64,000 nucleotides of DNA from Chloroflexota bacterium. GTDB lineage: Bacteria > Chloroflexota > Anaerolineae > Promineifilales > Promineifilaceae. A program made the translations under genes and the position numbers. The notes under the pieces are model-generated. The model saw nothing but the letters and a program-made list of their open reading frames with translations, ran no database searches and was not told where the DNA came from. The stretch is taken from assembly GCA_024275635.1 (NCBI GenBank), contig JAJRYT010000114.1, positions 28,292-92,291 on the forward strand. Reading direction: 5' to 3'. Positions 48,214-57,755 of the stretch are shown here, one piece after another; within the stretch, counting starts at the first letter, position 1; each line of letters begins with the position of its first letter.

Positions 48214-49200
48214 TCAAGTCACAAACTCCGGCCGATCCCTTAACGGCGGCGGGGAAGTCGGCAGTAATTTGCCCGTTTCGATAGATTCCACCAGCGCGGC
48301 CTCGTCGAACCAGCTTGAGGGCGGCTTGTGGCCCCAGAAGGTGGCCCGGCGCGGGTCGTTGATGCGCCAGCGAATCGGTTCCCAATCGGGATCGGGGATG
48401 ATGTAATCGTTGGTGTACAGCTCGATGCGGTTGCCGTCGGGGTCGCGCAGGTAGACGAAGAGGGCGTTGCTGATGCCGTGCCGGCCGGGGCCGCGTTCGA
48501 TGCTGTCGGCGTAGCCGCTGGCGGCCAGCACGTCGCAGGCGCGCAGGACGCTCTCCTGGTTGGCCAGCCAGAAGCCGGCGTGGTGCAGCCGCGGGCCGAC
48601 GCCGTTCATGAGGGCGATGTCGTGGACGTTTTGCTTGCGGTGCAGCCAGGCGGCCCACAGGCTGGGCGGCTCCTCCTCGGTGACGGTCAGTTCGGAGCAG
48701 TAGAAGCCGAGGGTCTGGGTGAACCAGTCGTAGGCGGCCTGCACCTGGGGAACCTGGACGTTGAAATGATCCAGGCGCATGACGTTGGCCCCGCGATATT
48801 GATCAAAACGCTGCAGCCGCCAGTCGCGCCGCTCCATCTCGTGGTAAAACTCCAGGGGCAGGCCGGTGGCGTCTTGCACGCGCAGGGCGCGCCCCTGGCC
48901 CGCTTCTTCGCCGGGAGCCAGCCAGCGGGTGGGACGGCCGTTTTCCGCATACAGCCGCGCCAGCCGTTCCAAATCGCCGGGGTCGGCCACGCGGAAGGCG
49001 AGGTGAGAGACGCCGGGGCTGTCGGCCAGCCGCAGCGTCAGGCCGTGATGTTCCCGCTCTTCCAGGCCGCCCAGGTAGAGGTGTTGGTCGTCACGGCCGT
49101 TTTCCAGGAACCCCAATACTTCCACATAAAAATGGCGCGCCCGCTCCAGGTCTGTCACCCGGAACTCGATGTGTCCGGCGCGGGTGATGGAGAATGTCAT
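48214..49200 (-). CDS. two-domain VOC-family extradiol ring-cleavage dioxygenase (catechol/homoprotocatechuate 2,3-dioxygenase-like)
   Basis: ITRAGHIEFRVTDLERARHFYVEVLGF...HLAF... with a repeated second VOC module (MRLDHFNVQVP...HDIAL...HHAGFW...YLRDPDGNRIELY). Confidence 0.8.
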   Translation of the reverse strand: MTFSITRAGHIEFRVTDLERARHFYVEVLGFLENGRDDQHLYLGGLEEREHHGLTLRLADSPGVSHLAFRVADPGDLERLARLYAENGRPTRWLAPGEEAGQGRALRVQDATGLPLEFYHEMERRDWRLQRFDQYRGANVMRLDHFNVQVPQVQAAYDWFTQTLGFYCSELTVTEEEPPSLWAAWLHRKQNVHDIALMNGVGPRLHHAGFWLANQESVLRACDVLAASGYADSIERGPGRHGISNALFVYLRDPDGNRIELYTNDYIIPDPDWEPIRWRINDPRRATFWGHKPPSSWFDEAALVESIETGKLLPTSPPPLRDRPEFVT

Positions 49201-49216
49201 GGTTTACCTCCAAAGA

Positions 49217-49256
49217 GAATTGCCAATTGTGAATTATGAATTGTCAATTGTTAATT
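49217..49256. repeat. heptamer tract, GAATTGT/CAATTGT family
   Basis: gaattgccaattgtgaattatgaattgtcaattgttaatt. Inverted partner at 49454-49492, 200 bp away. Confidence 0.75.
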
Positions 49257-49453
49257 TCCTCGCTGCCATGGATCGTAGAAAACCTGCACCGGCTCCGCTT
49301 CCCAGCCCAGGTCAGGGGCGGGGGGAGACTCGGTGGTGTGAAGACGGCCGTACCTGCCGCCGTAAAAGAGGAGCTGCCGTCGTGGTTCAATCCTCTCTAT
49401 CCTCAATATCGTCCCCTTTCGCCATTACATTTGTCTCCCCAGAAACCATCCTC

Positions 49454-49492
49454 ATTCACAATTTACAATTCACCATTCACCATTCACAATTT
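49454..49492. repeat. heptamer tract, ATTCACA/ATTCACC family
   Basis: attcacaatttacaattcaccattcaccattcacaattt. Confidence 0.75.
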
Positions 49493-50935
49493 CTCATCAT
49501 TTCGCCGCAAAAACTCCCTCACCATCTCCATATACGGTGTCATATCATGACTCCGCACCAGGACGCCGGCCATGCGCACCGGGTCGCCGAAGAAGTAGCG
49601 TTCGTACAGGGCCTGCCGCGCAGCAAAGGCGGACAGCGCCGTATCCCAGGCCAGGCGGAAGATGGGGATGCGCTCCAGGGCGTCGGCGCGGGCGGCCTGG
49701 TAAAAGCGCTGAATTTCCTCACGCAGCGGCCCGTTGACGTCCGCTTCGGTGGGCGCGGCGACCAGCCCGCTGGCTCCCAACTGCTGGATGATCTCCACCA
49801 TGCGCGGGTAGAGGTGGGGGTAGAGGTTGCGGGCAGCGTCCAGCGGATCCCAGGCGGGGCGCATGACGCCGTAGTCGTCCAGGGCGGCGTCGGCTTCGGC
49901 CGCTTTCAGGAACGCTTTCATCGTCTCCAGGTTGACCCAAATCGTGGACAGCTTCTCCTGCACGTGCTGGAAGACCTCGATGCCGATGGTGTGTACCAGC
50001 AGGGATGCCACCCCCAGCAGGAATTCCGTCTTGGCGATGTTTTTGACGAGCACCTGGTGGGCCATGTTAACGATGGCCCCGGTGGCTGAGTACGCTTTGT
50101 TGCAGGTTTCCACGTCGCGGTACAAAAAGACGCGCTCCCAGGGGACGAAAACGTCGTCGAAGATGACGACGGCGTCCATTTCTTCGTAGCGGGAGCCGAG
50201 GGGGTGGTCGTAGTGGGAACGGCCGTAATCCAGGCTCTCCCGGCAAATAAACTTCAGCCCCGGCGTGTTGCAGGGAATAGAAAGGCCAAAAGCGTAGGGC
50301 GCGTCCTCCGGCCGGTTCTTGAGCAGCGTGGAGGGAAAGACCATGATCTCGTCGGCCATGGGCAGCGTGGCCAGCATCCGCGCGCCGCGAATGACGATGC
50401 CGGCGTCTGTTTCCTCTTTGACGCGGGCGGCGAGGAAGGGGTCCGCTTGATCGGCCGTGCCTTTGGCCCGGTTGGCCTGGGGCGTGATCAGCGTATGCGT
50501 CAGGCAAAGGTCGTTTTCGCGGATGTGTTCGTGGTAATCGGTGACATTTTGCCCGAAGCGGGGGTCGTGGGCGGCGATGAACGCCGCGCCGCCGGCATAG
50601 CCGGTCATGGCCCGGTTCAGGTAATCGGGCGCGCGCCCCATCATGCCGTGATGATGGTCGGCCCACACCTTCATCATCCGGCTGACGCTGAGCAGTTCCT
50701 CTTGGGTGCGCGGGATCAGGAAAGAACGGCCGACTTTCTCCCCCGTCGTCGGCGAATCAAACAACATCACGTCCGGCTGCTGCCACTGCACGTCGTACAG
50801 CTCCGCCAGACTGCGCGCGCCGTTCTTAAAGGCCGGATGCGTTGTCACATCCGCCACCCGCTCCCCCCGGTACCAGATTGCCGGCCCTTCCTCGCGCAAT
50901 TTTTGAATGACCTGTTCGCCTCGTCTCGCTGGCAT
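49484..50935 (-). CDS. hpaB: 4-hydroxyphenylacetate 3-monooxygenase, oxygenase component
   Basis: ~483 aa with an HpaB-family N-terminus (EGPAIWYRGERVADVTTHPAF.N.ARSLAELYD) and C-terminal domain. The ATG at 50935 is preceded by GGAGG. Confidence 0.85.
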   Translation of the reverse strand: MPARRGEQVIQKLREEGPAIWYRGERVADVTTHPAFKNGARSLAELYDVQWQQPDVMLFDSPTTGEKVGRSFLIPRTQEELLSVSRMMKVWADHHHGMMGRAPDYLNRAMTGYAGGAAFIAAHDPRFGQNVTDYHEHIRENDLCLTHTLITPQANRAKGTADQADPFLAARVKEETDAGIVIRGARMLATLPMADEIMVFPSTLLKNRPEDAPYAFGLSIPCNTPGLKFICRESLDYGRSHYDHPLGSRYEEMDAVVIFDDVFVPWERVFLYRDVETCNKAYSATGAIVNMAHQVLVKNIAKTEFLLGVASLLVHTIGIEVFQHVQEKLSTIWVNLETMKAFLKAAEADAALDDYGVMRPAWDPLDAARNLYPHLYPRMVEIIQQLGASGLVAAPTEADVNGPLREEIQRFYQAARADALERIPIFRLAWDTALSAFAARQALYERYFFGDPVRMAGVLVRSHDMTPYMEMVREFLRRNDEKL

Positions 50936-50950
50936 TCTAACCTCCAAAAA

Positions 50951-51030
50951 TTATGAATTGTGAATTGTCAATTGTGAATTATGAACGGGATCATTCACCA
51001 TTCACAATTCATCATTCGCAATTCACAATT
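50951..51030. repeat. heptamer hairpin, GAATTGT/ATTCACA family
   Basis: ttatgaattgtgaattgtcaattgtgaattatgaa-cggga-tcattcaccattcacaattcatcattcgcaattcacaatt. Confidence 0.85.
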
Positions 51031-52495
51031 ATTCTGCTCCTAATTTTGGTATCTTGTGTTCGCCCAAGGCCACGTGAATGGTGGTCACTTCGGTGTAAAA
51101 ATCAAAGCTGTAACGGCCGCCTTCCCGACCGATGCCGCTGTGCTTGCTGCCGCCGAACGGGGTGCGTAAATCGCGCACGTTTTGGGAATTGATCCAGACC
51201 ATGCCTGACTCAATCGCTTCGGCGACGCGATGCCCCCGCGTCAGGTCGCCCGTCCAGACGTAGGCGGCCAGGCCATACTTGATGTCGTTGGCGATGCGCA
51301 GCGCCTCAGCTTCGTCCTGGAACCGGATGACCACCAGCGCCGGCCCGAAAATCTCTTCCTGGGCGATGCGCATCCGGTTGTCCACGTTGGTGATGAGGGT
51401 GGGCTGGAAGTAGTTGCCGTGGGGGAGGTGCGACGGCCGTTCCCCGCCCACCGCAATCACCGCCCCCTCATCACGGGCCACATTCATGTACGCCCGCACC
51501 CGCCCCCAATGCTCCGGGTGAATCAGCGGGCCGACTTCCGTGTTCATGTCCATCGGGTCGCCCACCCGGATTTTGGCCACGCGGGCCGCCAATTTGTTTA
51601 CAAAATCGTCGTAAATGGAGGCCTGAACCAGCAGCCGCGATCCGGCCGTGCAGCGCTCGCCATTGAGCGAATACACCTGCCAGATGGCCCCATCCAGCGC
51701 CCGATCCAAGTCGGCGTCCTCAAACACCATCGTCGGCGACTTGCCGCCCAGTTCCATGGAGAACCGCTTCAATGTGGCCGCGCCGTTGCGCATGATCTCC
51801 TGCCCCGTCGTCGTCTCGCCGGTGAAAGAGATCAACTGCACGCCGGGATGAGCCACCAGGGCGGCCCCGGCCGTTTCGCCGATGCCCTGCACCACGTTGA
51901 AGACGCCCGGCGGCAGGTCGGCTTCCTGGATGATTTCGGCCAGCTTATTGGCGGAGAGGGGCGCCCATTCGGCCGGTTTGAGGATGCAGGTGTTGCCCGC
52001 CGCCAGGCAGGGGGCCACCTTCCACGTTTCCAGCATGAAGGGGACGTTCCAGGGGGTGATCAGCCCGGCCACGCCCACCGGCCGGCGGACGGTGTAATTC
52101 ATGAACTGGCCGTCTTTGGGGAAAGATTCGCCGCTGATTTGCGTCACCATTTCGGCGAAGAAATAAAAGTTTTGGGCGGCGCGGGCGATAACCCCTTTCC
52201 TGAGCTGGCTGGCGGGGACGCCGGTGTCCGTGATTTCCACATCGGTGATTTCTTCGGCGCGCTTTTCGATGAGGTTGCCGATTTTGCGTAACGCTTTGGC
52301 CCGGTCGGCGGCCGTCATGCGCGGCCAGGGGCCTTCGTCAAACGCTTGGCGCGCCGCCTGGACGGCCCGGTCAATATCGGCCGCGCTGCCGGAGGCGACG
52401 GCCGTGATGGGCTGGTTGGTGGCCGGGTTTAAGGTCTCAAATGTCTCCCCCTCAACGGGGGGGACAAATTCGTTCTCAATAAAATGATGAATCAT
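51029..52495 (-). CDS. NAD(P)-dependent aldehyde dehydrogenase (ring-fission semialdehyde dehydrogenase-like, HpaE/XylG type)
   Basis: ALDH motifs: FTGETTTG, ELGGKSP, ...ERCTAGSR (catalytic Cys), EEIFGP. The track allows a GTG start at 52516. Confidence 0.9.
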   Translation of the reverse strand: MIHHFIENEFVPPVEGETFETLNPATNQPITAVASGSAADIDRAVQAARQAFDEGPWPRMTAADRAKALRKIGNLIEKRAEEITDVEITDTGVPASQLRKGVIARAAQNFYFFAEMVTQISGESFPKDGQFMNYTVRRPVGVAGLITPWNVPFMLETWKVAPCLAAGNTCILKPAEWAPLSANKLAEIIQEADLPPGVFNVVQGIGETAGAALVAHPGVQLISFTGETTTGQEIMRNGAATLKRFSMELGGKSPTMVFEDADLDRALDGAIWQVYSLNGERCTAGSRLLVQASIYDDFVNKLAARVAKIRVGDPMDMNTEVGPLIHPEHWGRVRAYMNVARDEGAVIAVGGERPSHLPHGNYFQPTLITNVDNRMRIAQEEIFGPALVVIRFQDEAEALRIANDIKYGLAAYVWTGDLTRGHRVAEAIESGMVWINSQNVRDLRTPFGGSKHSGIGREGGRYSFDFYTEVTTIHVALGEHKIPKLGAE

Positions 52496-52588
52496 TTTTG
52501 CGTTTCCTTTTTCCACAATCCGCAGATGGCGCCGATTATGCAGATGAATTGGTCTTAAATCGGCGCAATCCGCGTAATCAGCGGATTT

Positions 52589-53332
52589 TTATTCCGCCAC
52601 CACCCGATTCTCCAACGCGCCCAGCCCATCTATTTCCAACCGCATCTCGTCGCCGGGATAGACGTGGGAGATGCCTTTGGGCGTGCCCGTCCAGATCATG
52701 TCGCCCGGTTCCAGGGTCATGATCATGGAGATGAAGGCGATCAGGTCGGGCACGGGGCGAATCAGTTGGCCGGTGTTGCCCTGCTGCCGCAGTTCGCCGT
52801 TGACGAATGCCCGCAGGTTCAGGTCGGCCGGGTCGGGGATTTCATCGGCCGTCACCAGATACGGGCCGACGGGGCCGAAGGTGTCGTACCCTTTGGCGCG
52901 CACCGGCGGCCGGTAAAAATCCATCACAAAGTCGCGCACGGTAACGTCGTTGCCGATGGTGTAGCCGGCGATGACTTCGTGCGCCCGTTCCGGCTTCACG
53001 CGGCGGCAGCGACGGCCGATCACTACCACTAGTTCAACTTCATAGTGCATGTACGCGATCCCTGCCGGAGCCGTCACCTCCCCTTTGTGCCCGATGAGCG
53101 AGCTGGTCGGCTTGAAGAACAGGGCCGGTTCCGGCGGCGACTCCATCTTCAACTCGGCGGCGTGGTCGGCGTAGTTGAGGGCCAGGCCTATGGCTTTGGT
53201 AGGCGTAACCGGCGGCAGCCAGACCACATCGTCGGGGGCGTAAATGGCGCCGTCGGCGGCAGCCAGTTGGCCGTCGTTGTTGACTGCGCCCTCGTGGATA
53301 CGGCCGTTTACGGCAAAGCGAGCCAGTTTCAT
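52589..53332 (-). CDS. fumarylacetoacetate hydrolase (FAH) family enzyme (HpaG/2-oxohepta-3-ene-dioate hydratase-decarboxylase-like)
   Basis: IGLALNYADH...FFKP.SSLIGH...YEVELVVVIG...AGYTIGNDVT.RD...KG.DTF.P.GP...GD.I.TGTP.G. Confidence 0.85.
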   Translation of the reverse strand: MKLARFAVNGRIHEGAVNNDGQLAAADGAIYAPDDVVWLPPVTPTKAIGLALNYADHAAELKMESPPEPALFFKPTSSLIGHKGEVTAPAGIAYMHYEVELVVVIGRRCRRVKPERAHEVIAGYTIGNDVTVRDFVMDFYRPPVRAKGYDTFGPVGPYLVTADEIPDPADLNLRAFVNGELRQQGNTGQLIRPVPDLIAFISMIMTLEPGDMIWTGTPKGISHVYPGDEMRLEIDGLGALENRVVAE

Positions 53333-53347
53333 CGTCTAGACCTTTTT

Positions 53348-53451
53348 GGGACACAGAGGGCGCGGAGAAGACACAGAGATTCACAGAGATAAGGAGAAAA
53401 ATCTCTCCAATCTCCGTGTTCTCCGTGTATCCTCAGTGTCCTCTGTGTCCC
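53348..53451. repeat. CACAGAG/CTCTGTG hairpin element, third copy without cargo gene
   Basis: gggacacagagg...cacagagattcacagag...ctccgtgttctccgtgtatcctcagtgtcctctgtgtccc. 12-bp perfect terminal stem. Confidence 0.85.
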
Positions 53452-53453
53452 AC

Positions 53454-54317
53454 TCATCCTTCCTCCTCGAACACCATACCCAAAAACGCCCGGATCGGCG
53501 GCACAACGCGCGGGTTATCGTGCAGGATCATCGTGAAATGGTTGACGCCGGGGATGTCCACCCGCCAGCAGTTGGGAATCCAGGCCACGAAAGCGGCCGC
53601 TTCCCGTTCGTCCAGCACATGCGCCTTGTCGCCCAGCAGCCCGTTTTGCGGCCGGATAAACAGTGTGGGGCATTGCAAGGTAGGAAAGTGAACGCACATG
53701 CTGTAGTAAAAATGAACGTCTAAATCCTTTTTGATGGCGGCGGCGGAAGATTTGGGTTGGACACGGCCGTTCCCCGCCTCCGCCAAATGATCCAACAAAA
53801 ACCGCTCCAATCCCGGATTCCAGGGCGCGTAAAAAGGGAGTTCCCGCATCGCTGCCAGGTACGCCTCCGCCGATTCATAAGCGTGCCCCAGCCGCTCAAT
53901 CGCCGGATACATCGCCTTCATCACTTCCTCTTTCGGGTCCGCGCCGCCGTCAATCAGCGTCAGCGAACGCACCTGCATCGGCCGGATAGAAGCCAGATAC
54001 ACACCCACCGTGGCCCCAAACGAATGGCCGATGATGTGAAACCGCTCAAATCCCATCGCCTCCACAAAAGCCATGACGTCCCGCGCGTGGTAAGAAAAGC
54101 CGTACCCTTCCGCCGGTTTGTCGCTGTCCCCCCGGCCGCGCAAATCCAGGGCGAACAGGTGATATTCCGGGGCCAACCGGCCGGCGACCTGGTCAAACGT
54201 CCCCTTATGGCCGATGAGGCTGTGCAGGCAGATCACCGGCCCCTTTTCCCCCGGCCATTCTTTGTAGGCCAGGGTGATGTCGTTGACCTGGATGGTTTGG
54301 GTATCTGAATTCATCAT
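53454..54317 (-). CDS. alpha/beta-fold hydrolase (possible meta-cleavage product hydrolase)
   Basis: HG..G....F, nucleophile elbow IIGHSFGATV and a C-terminal ...PGVNHF. ~285 aa. Confidence 0.8.
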   Translation of the reverse strand: MMNSDTQTIQVNDITLAYKEWPGEKGPVICLHSLIGHKGTFDQVAGRLAPEYHLFALDLRGRGDSDKPAEGYGFSYHARDVMAFVEAMGFERFHIIGHSFGATVGVYLASIRPMQVRSLTLIDGGADPKEEVMKAMYPAIERLGHAYESAEAYLAAMRELPFYAPWNPGLERFLLDHLAEAGNGRVQPKSSAAAIKKDLDVHFYYSMCVHFPTLQCPTLFIRPQNGLLGDKAHVLDEREAAAFVAWIPNCWRVDIPGVNHFTMILHDNPRVVPPIRAFLGMVFEEEG

Positions 54318-54321
54318 GATT

Positions 54322-54387
54322 GGGGGATTGGAGACTAGAGACTAGAAATTGAGTCGCCCGGTCTCCAGTCTCTAGCCCCTAGTCTCC
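54322..54387. repeat. heptamer hairpin, GGAGACT/TAGAGAC family
   Basis: gggggattggagactagagactagaaattgagtcgcccggtctccagtctctagcccctagtctcc. Confidence 0.8.
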
Positions 54388-55274
54388 ACTATTCCATACT
54401 CCGCCAACACCTGCCGCAGTTTCGCTTCATTTTCCGGCCGTAACGGGGCCAGCGGCGGCCGTACCTCCGGGCTGATTTTGCCCATCATGCCCAGCGCCGT
54501 TTTGGCCGGGACGGGGTTGATTTCGATAAAAATGGCGTCATTGAGCGGCATCAAGCGGTAGTGCAAATTTTGGGCTTCTTGCCATCTACCCGCCGCCGTC
54601 AGGTCGTACAGCCGGGCTACTTTGGCGGGCAGGATGTTGCCCGTTGCGCTGACGTATCCGGCCCCGCCGATGGCCAGCACTGGGAAGCAGAGCAGTTCGA
54701 TGCCGGAGTAAACCAGGAAATCGCGGCCCAGCTTTCCCAGCAGGCGGGTGATGTGGGAGAAATCTTTGTTGGCTTCCTTGACGCCGATGATATTGGCGCA
54801 ATCATCGCGCAGGCGGGCGACGGTATCAATTCCCAGGTTGACGGCCGTCCGTCCGGGAATATTGTAGAGGATAATCGGCAGCGACACCGCGTCTGCCACT
54901 GCCTTAAAGAACCGGTACAGCCCTTCCTGGCTGGGACGAATGTAGTAGGGAACGATGAGCAGCAAGGCGTCAGCCCCGGTCTTTTGGGCGAAGCGGGAGT
55001 AATGCAGGGTTTCCTCCAGATTGTTGCTGCCCGTTCCGGCGACGAAGGGGACACGGCCGTTCACCGTTTCCGCTCCGATTTGAATCACCCGCTCCCGTTC
55101 GGCCCGGCTGAGCGCGCTCGGCTCGCCCGTCGTCCCCGTCACCGAGACGCCGTGACTGCCGCTGGCGATCTGCCATTCAATCAGATCGGCCAGCCCCGTT
55201 TTGTCCAGCTTTCCATCCCGGAAGGGCGTCACCACTGGCACAATCGAGCCGCGCATCTGTTCTGGCTTAAACAT
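54372..55274 (-). CDS. DapA/NAL-family class I aldolase (dihydrodipicolinate synthase family)
   Basis: GSIVPVVTPF...G.HGV.V.GTTGE...LS..ER...GTGSN...YY..P....L..HF..., and the lysine region IIGVKEA. Start set at MFKPEQMRG. Confidence 0.8.
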   Translation of the reverse strand: MFKPEQMRGSIVPVVTPFRDGKLDKTGLADLIEWQIASGSHGVSVTGTTGEPSALSRAERERVIQIGAETVNGRVPFVAGTGSNNLEETLHYSRFAQKTGADALLLIVPYYIRPSQEGLYRFFKAVADAVSLPIILYNIPGRTAVNLGIDTVARLRDDCANIIGVKEANKDFSHITRLLGKLGRDFLVYSGIELLCFPVLAIGGAGYVSATGNILPAKVARLYDLTAAGRWQEAQNLHYRLMPLNDAIFIEINPVPAKTALGMMGKISPEVRPPLAPLRPENEAKLRQVLAEYGIVETRG

Positions 55275-56427
55275 CCTGCACCCTCCGGCGCAGCCGTTCC
55301 CCCGCCGCCTGCAACGTTTCGATTTTCTTGGCAAAGGCAAAGCGAATCAGATTCGTCCCCATGTCCGGCGTGCCGAAAAAGGCGGAGCCGGGCACAACCG
55401 ACACCCCTAGATGCTGCGGCAGCCAGCGGGCCAGGTCAAAATCGTCGCCATCAAACGCCCAGCCGCTGAAATCGGCCATGACGTAGTATGCTCCTTGCGG
55501 TGGTTGGGCGGCCAGGCCGATGTCGTCCAAAATTTTCATCATCAACGCCCGGCGTTCGGCGTAATCCCGTTTGAGCTGCGTGTAGTAATCGTCCGGCAGA
55601 TTAAGAGCGGTCACGGCCGCCGCCTGCAGCGGCGCGGCGGCGCAAATGGTCGTAAAGTCGTGGACGGTACGCAGAGCGGTACTCAATGCTGCCGGCGCGC
55701 AGGCGTAGCCCAACCGCCAGCCGGTAGCGGCATACGTCTTGCCCAGGCCGCCAATCGTCACCGTCCGTTCGGCCAGGCCGGGAATGGTAGCGGGGGGGAT
55801 GTGGGCGCGGCCGTCATACACGATAAACTCATAAATCTCATCCGTGATCAGCGCCACGTCAAACGCATCACAAAGCGCGGCTACCCCTTCTAGTTCGGCG
55901 CGGGTGAAGACATGCCCCGTCGGGTTGTGTGGCGTGTTCAGGATGATCGCCTTCGTATTTTGATTAAACGCCGCTCGCAGCCGCTCTAAATCCAGGGCAT
56001 AATCCGGCGCTTCCAGGGCCACAAAGCGCGGGCTGGCTCCGGTAAACGTCACCGCTGGGGCGTACCCCTCGTGGAACGGCTCAATGATGATCACCTCGTC
56101 GCCCGGATTACACAGGCTCATCAGCGTCGCCGCAATCGCCTCCGTCACGCCGCAGGTGACAGTGACGTGCTTATCCGGGTCAAAATCCAGGCCGTACAAC
56201 CGCGCCATCTTGGCGGCAATCGCCTGGCGCAGCGCCGGGTTGCCCCAGGTGATGGTGTACTGGTTGGCCCCTTCGTCCAGCGCCCGGTGCGCCGCGGTAA
56301 TCACCTCTGGCGGCGGCCCAAAGTCGGGAAAACCCTGCGACAGGTTGATAGTTTGGTGCTGAATTGCCAGCCGCGTCATTTCGCGGATAAACGATTCGCG
56401 CATACCGGATAATCGTTGTGCAAACAT
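55267..56427 (-). CDS. class I/II pyridoxal-phosphate aminotransferase
   Basis: INLSQGFPDF..P......A.......NQYT...G...LR.AIA... and SLGKTYAATGWRLGY (PLP-Lys context). Start set at MFAQRLSGM. Confidence 0.85.
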   Translation of the reverse strand: MFAQRLSGMRESFIREMTRLAIQHQTINLSQGFPDFGPPPEVITAAHRALDEGANQYTITWGNPALRQAIAAKMARLYGLDFDPDKHVTVTCGVTEAIAATLMSLCNPGDEVIIIEPFHEGYAPAVTFTGASPRFVALEAPDYALDLERLRAAFNQNTKAIILNTPHNPTGHVFTRAELEGVAALCDAFDVALITDEIYEFIVYDGRAHIPPATIPGLAERTVTIGGLGKTYAATGWRLGYACAPAALSTALRTVHDFTTICAAAPLQAAAVTALNLPDDYYTQLKRDYAERRALMMKILDDIGLAAQPPQGAYYVMADFSGWAFDGDDFDLARWLPQHLGVSVVPGSAFFGTPDMGTNLIRFAFAKKIETLQAAGERLRRRVQDV

Positions 56428-56428
56428 A

Positions 56429-57682
56429 TTACGCTTCCTGTATGGTAACGGCCGGCCGGAGCAAAAATGAACCAACCAGACCCAAGACGGATACGCCCCC
56501 GGCCAGCAAAAAAGCGGGCGCAAACGAGCCAGCAGCGTCGGCGATGGCCCCGGCGACGCCTGGCCCCAATGCCTGCCCAATGCCAAAAAATAACGTGAGA
56601 AATCCCAGCGCCGCCGGGGCCAGCCGGGAGCCGAGCAAGTCGCCGCAAGTGGCCGACATGATGGCCGGGATACTCCAGGCTGATAGACCGAACAAAACGG
56701 CCGATACCGTCAGCCCGGCCGGCGTCGGCCACAGGGCGAACAGGCTGAAGGCAATTGCGTGAAACAGGTAGACGCCCATCAGCGCCAGTTTACGTCCGAT
56801 CACGTCCGACACTGTCCCCCACAGCAGGCCGCACAGCAGGCTGAACCAGCCCATCGTCATAAACAACGACCCGGCTGCCGCCGCCGTGTAGCCCGCTTCG
56901 GCGATCAGGTACTTGGTGAAAAAGGTGATGTAAATGATGTAAGCAAACCCAAAAGCGGAATAGACCAATCCCAGATGCCAGACCGCGCCCGACCGGTAAA
57001 CGCGCGGCCAATCAACCGGCCGCCGGGCGGGGCGGGGGGGCGGCGGTTCGTCTGACTCATCGCCCAACGGCCCCAGCCCTTTGTCGCCGGGATGGTCGCG
57101 CAGCAGCAGCCAGACCAGGACGGCTAACGCCAGCGTGACGCCGCCGAAAACAATCCAGGTCAGCCGCCAGCCATTCTCGCCGTTGGCGGCCAGGATGCGG
57201 GGCACGGTCGGCCCGATGAGGATGATGGCCAGCGACGAGCCGGAGACGACGATTCCCGACGCCAGGCCGCGCCGCCGGGGAGCAAACCAGGCGGTCATCA
57301 AGCCCATCACCGGCACGTTGCTGGCGCCGCTGCCGACGCCGGTCAGCAAGCGCCAGACGGCCGCCGCCAGGAAGCCTCCCGCCAACCCCGTCAGCGCCAT
57401 GCCGCCGCCCACCAGCGCTACGCCCAGCGCGATCACCCGGCGCGGCCCGTAGCGGGCGGCCAGCATCCCGCCAATCAAGGAGAGCGCCAGGTAGCCGACC
57501 ACGTTGGCCGAGGCCAGGACGCCGGCCTGGGTGTTGTCCAACTTCAGGCTGGTTTGCATGGCGGGCAGCAGCATCGTGTAACCGAAGCGGGCCAATCCTA
57601 GCACGCCAAACACGACCAGCGTGCCCATGATGAGTACGATCCAGCCGTAGTGGAGGCGATGCGTAGCGGGTGTAGTTTCCAT
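56429..57682 (-). CDS. MFS transporter
   Basis: ~12 predicted TM helices and a G..A.RYGPRRV-type loop 2-3 motif. 417 aa. Confidence 0.8.
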   Translation of the reverse strand: METTPATHRLHYGWIVLIMGTLVVFGVLGLARFGYTMLLPAMQTSLKLDNTQAGVLASANVVGYLALSLIGGMLAARYGPRRVIALGVALVGGGMALTGLAGGFLAAAVWRLLTGVGSGASNVPVMGLMTAWFAPRRRGLASGIVVSGSSLAIILIGPTVPRILAANGENGWRLTWIVFGGVTLALAVLVWLLLRDHPGDKGLGPLGDESDEPPPPRPARRPVDWPRVYRSGAVWHLGLVYSAFGFAYIIYITFFTKYLIAEAGYTAAAAGSLFMTMGWFSLLCGLLWGTVSDVIGRKLALMGVYLFHAIAFSLFALWPTPAGLTVSAVLFGLSAWSIPAIMSATCGDLLGSRLAPAALGFLTLFFGIGQALGPGVAGAIADAAGSFAPAFLLAGGVSVLGLVGSFLLRPAVTIQEA

Positions 57683-57688
57683 GATTTT

Positions 57689-57755
57689 GGGGATTAGAGA
57701 CTGGAGATTAGAGATTTGAGACTGGTAATCTCTAATCTTCAGTCTCTAGTCTCTC
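57689..57755. repeat. heptamer hairpin, TAGAGAC/GGAGATT family
   Basis: gggattagagactggagattagagatttgagactggtaatctctaatcttcagtctctagtctctc. Confidence 0.8.
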
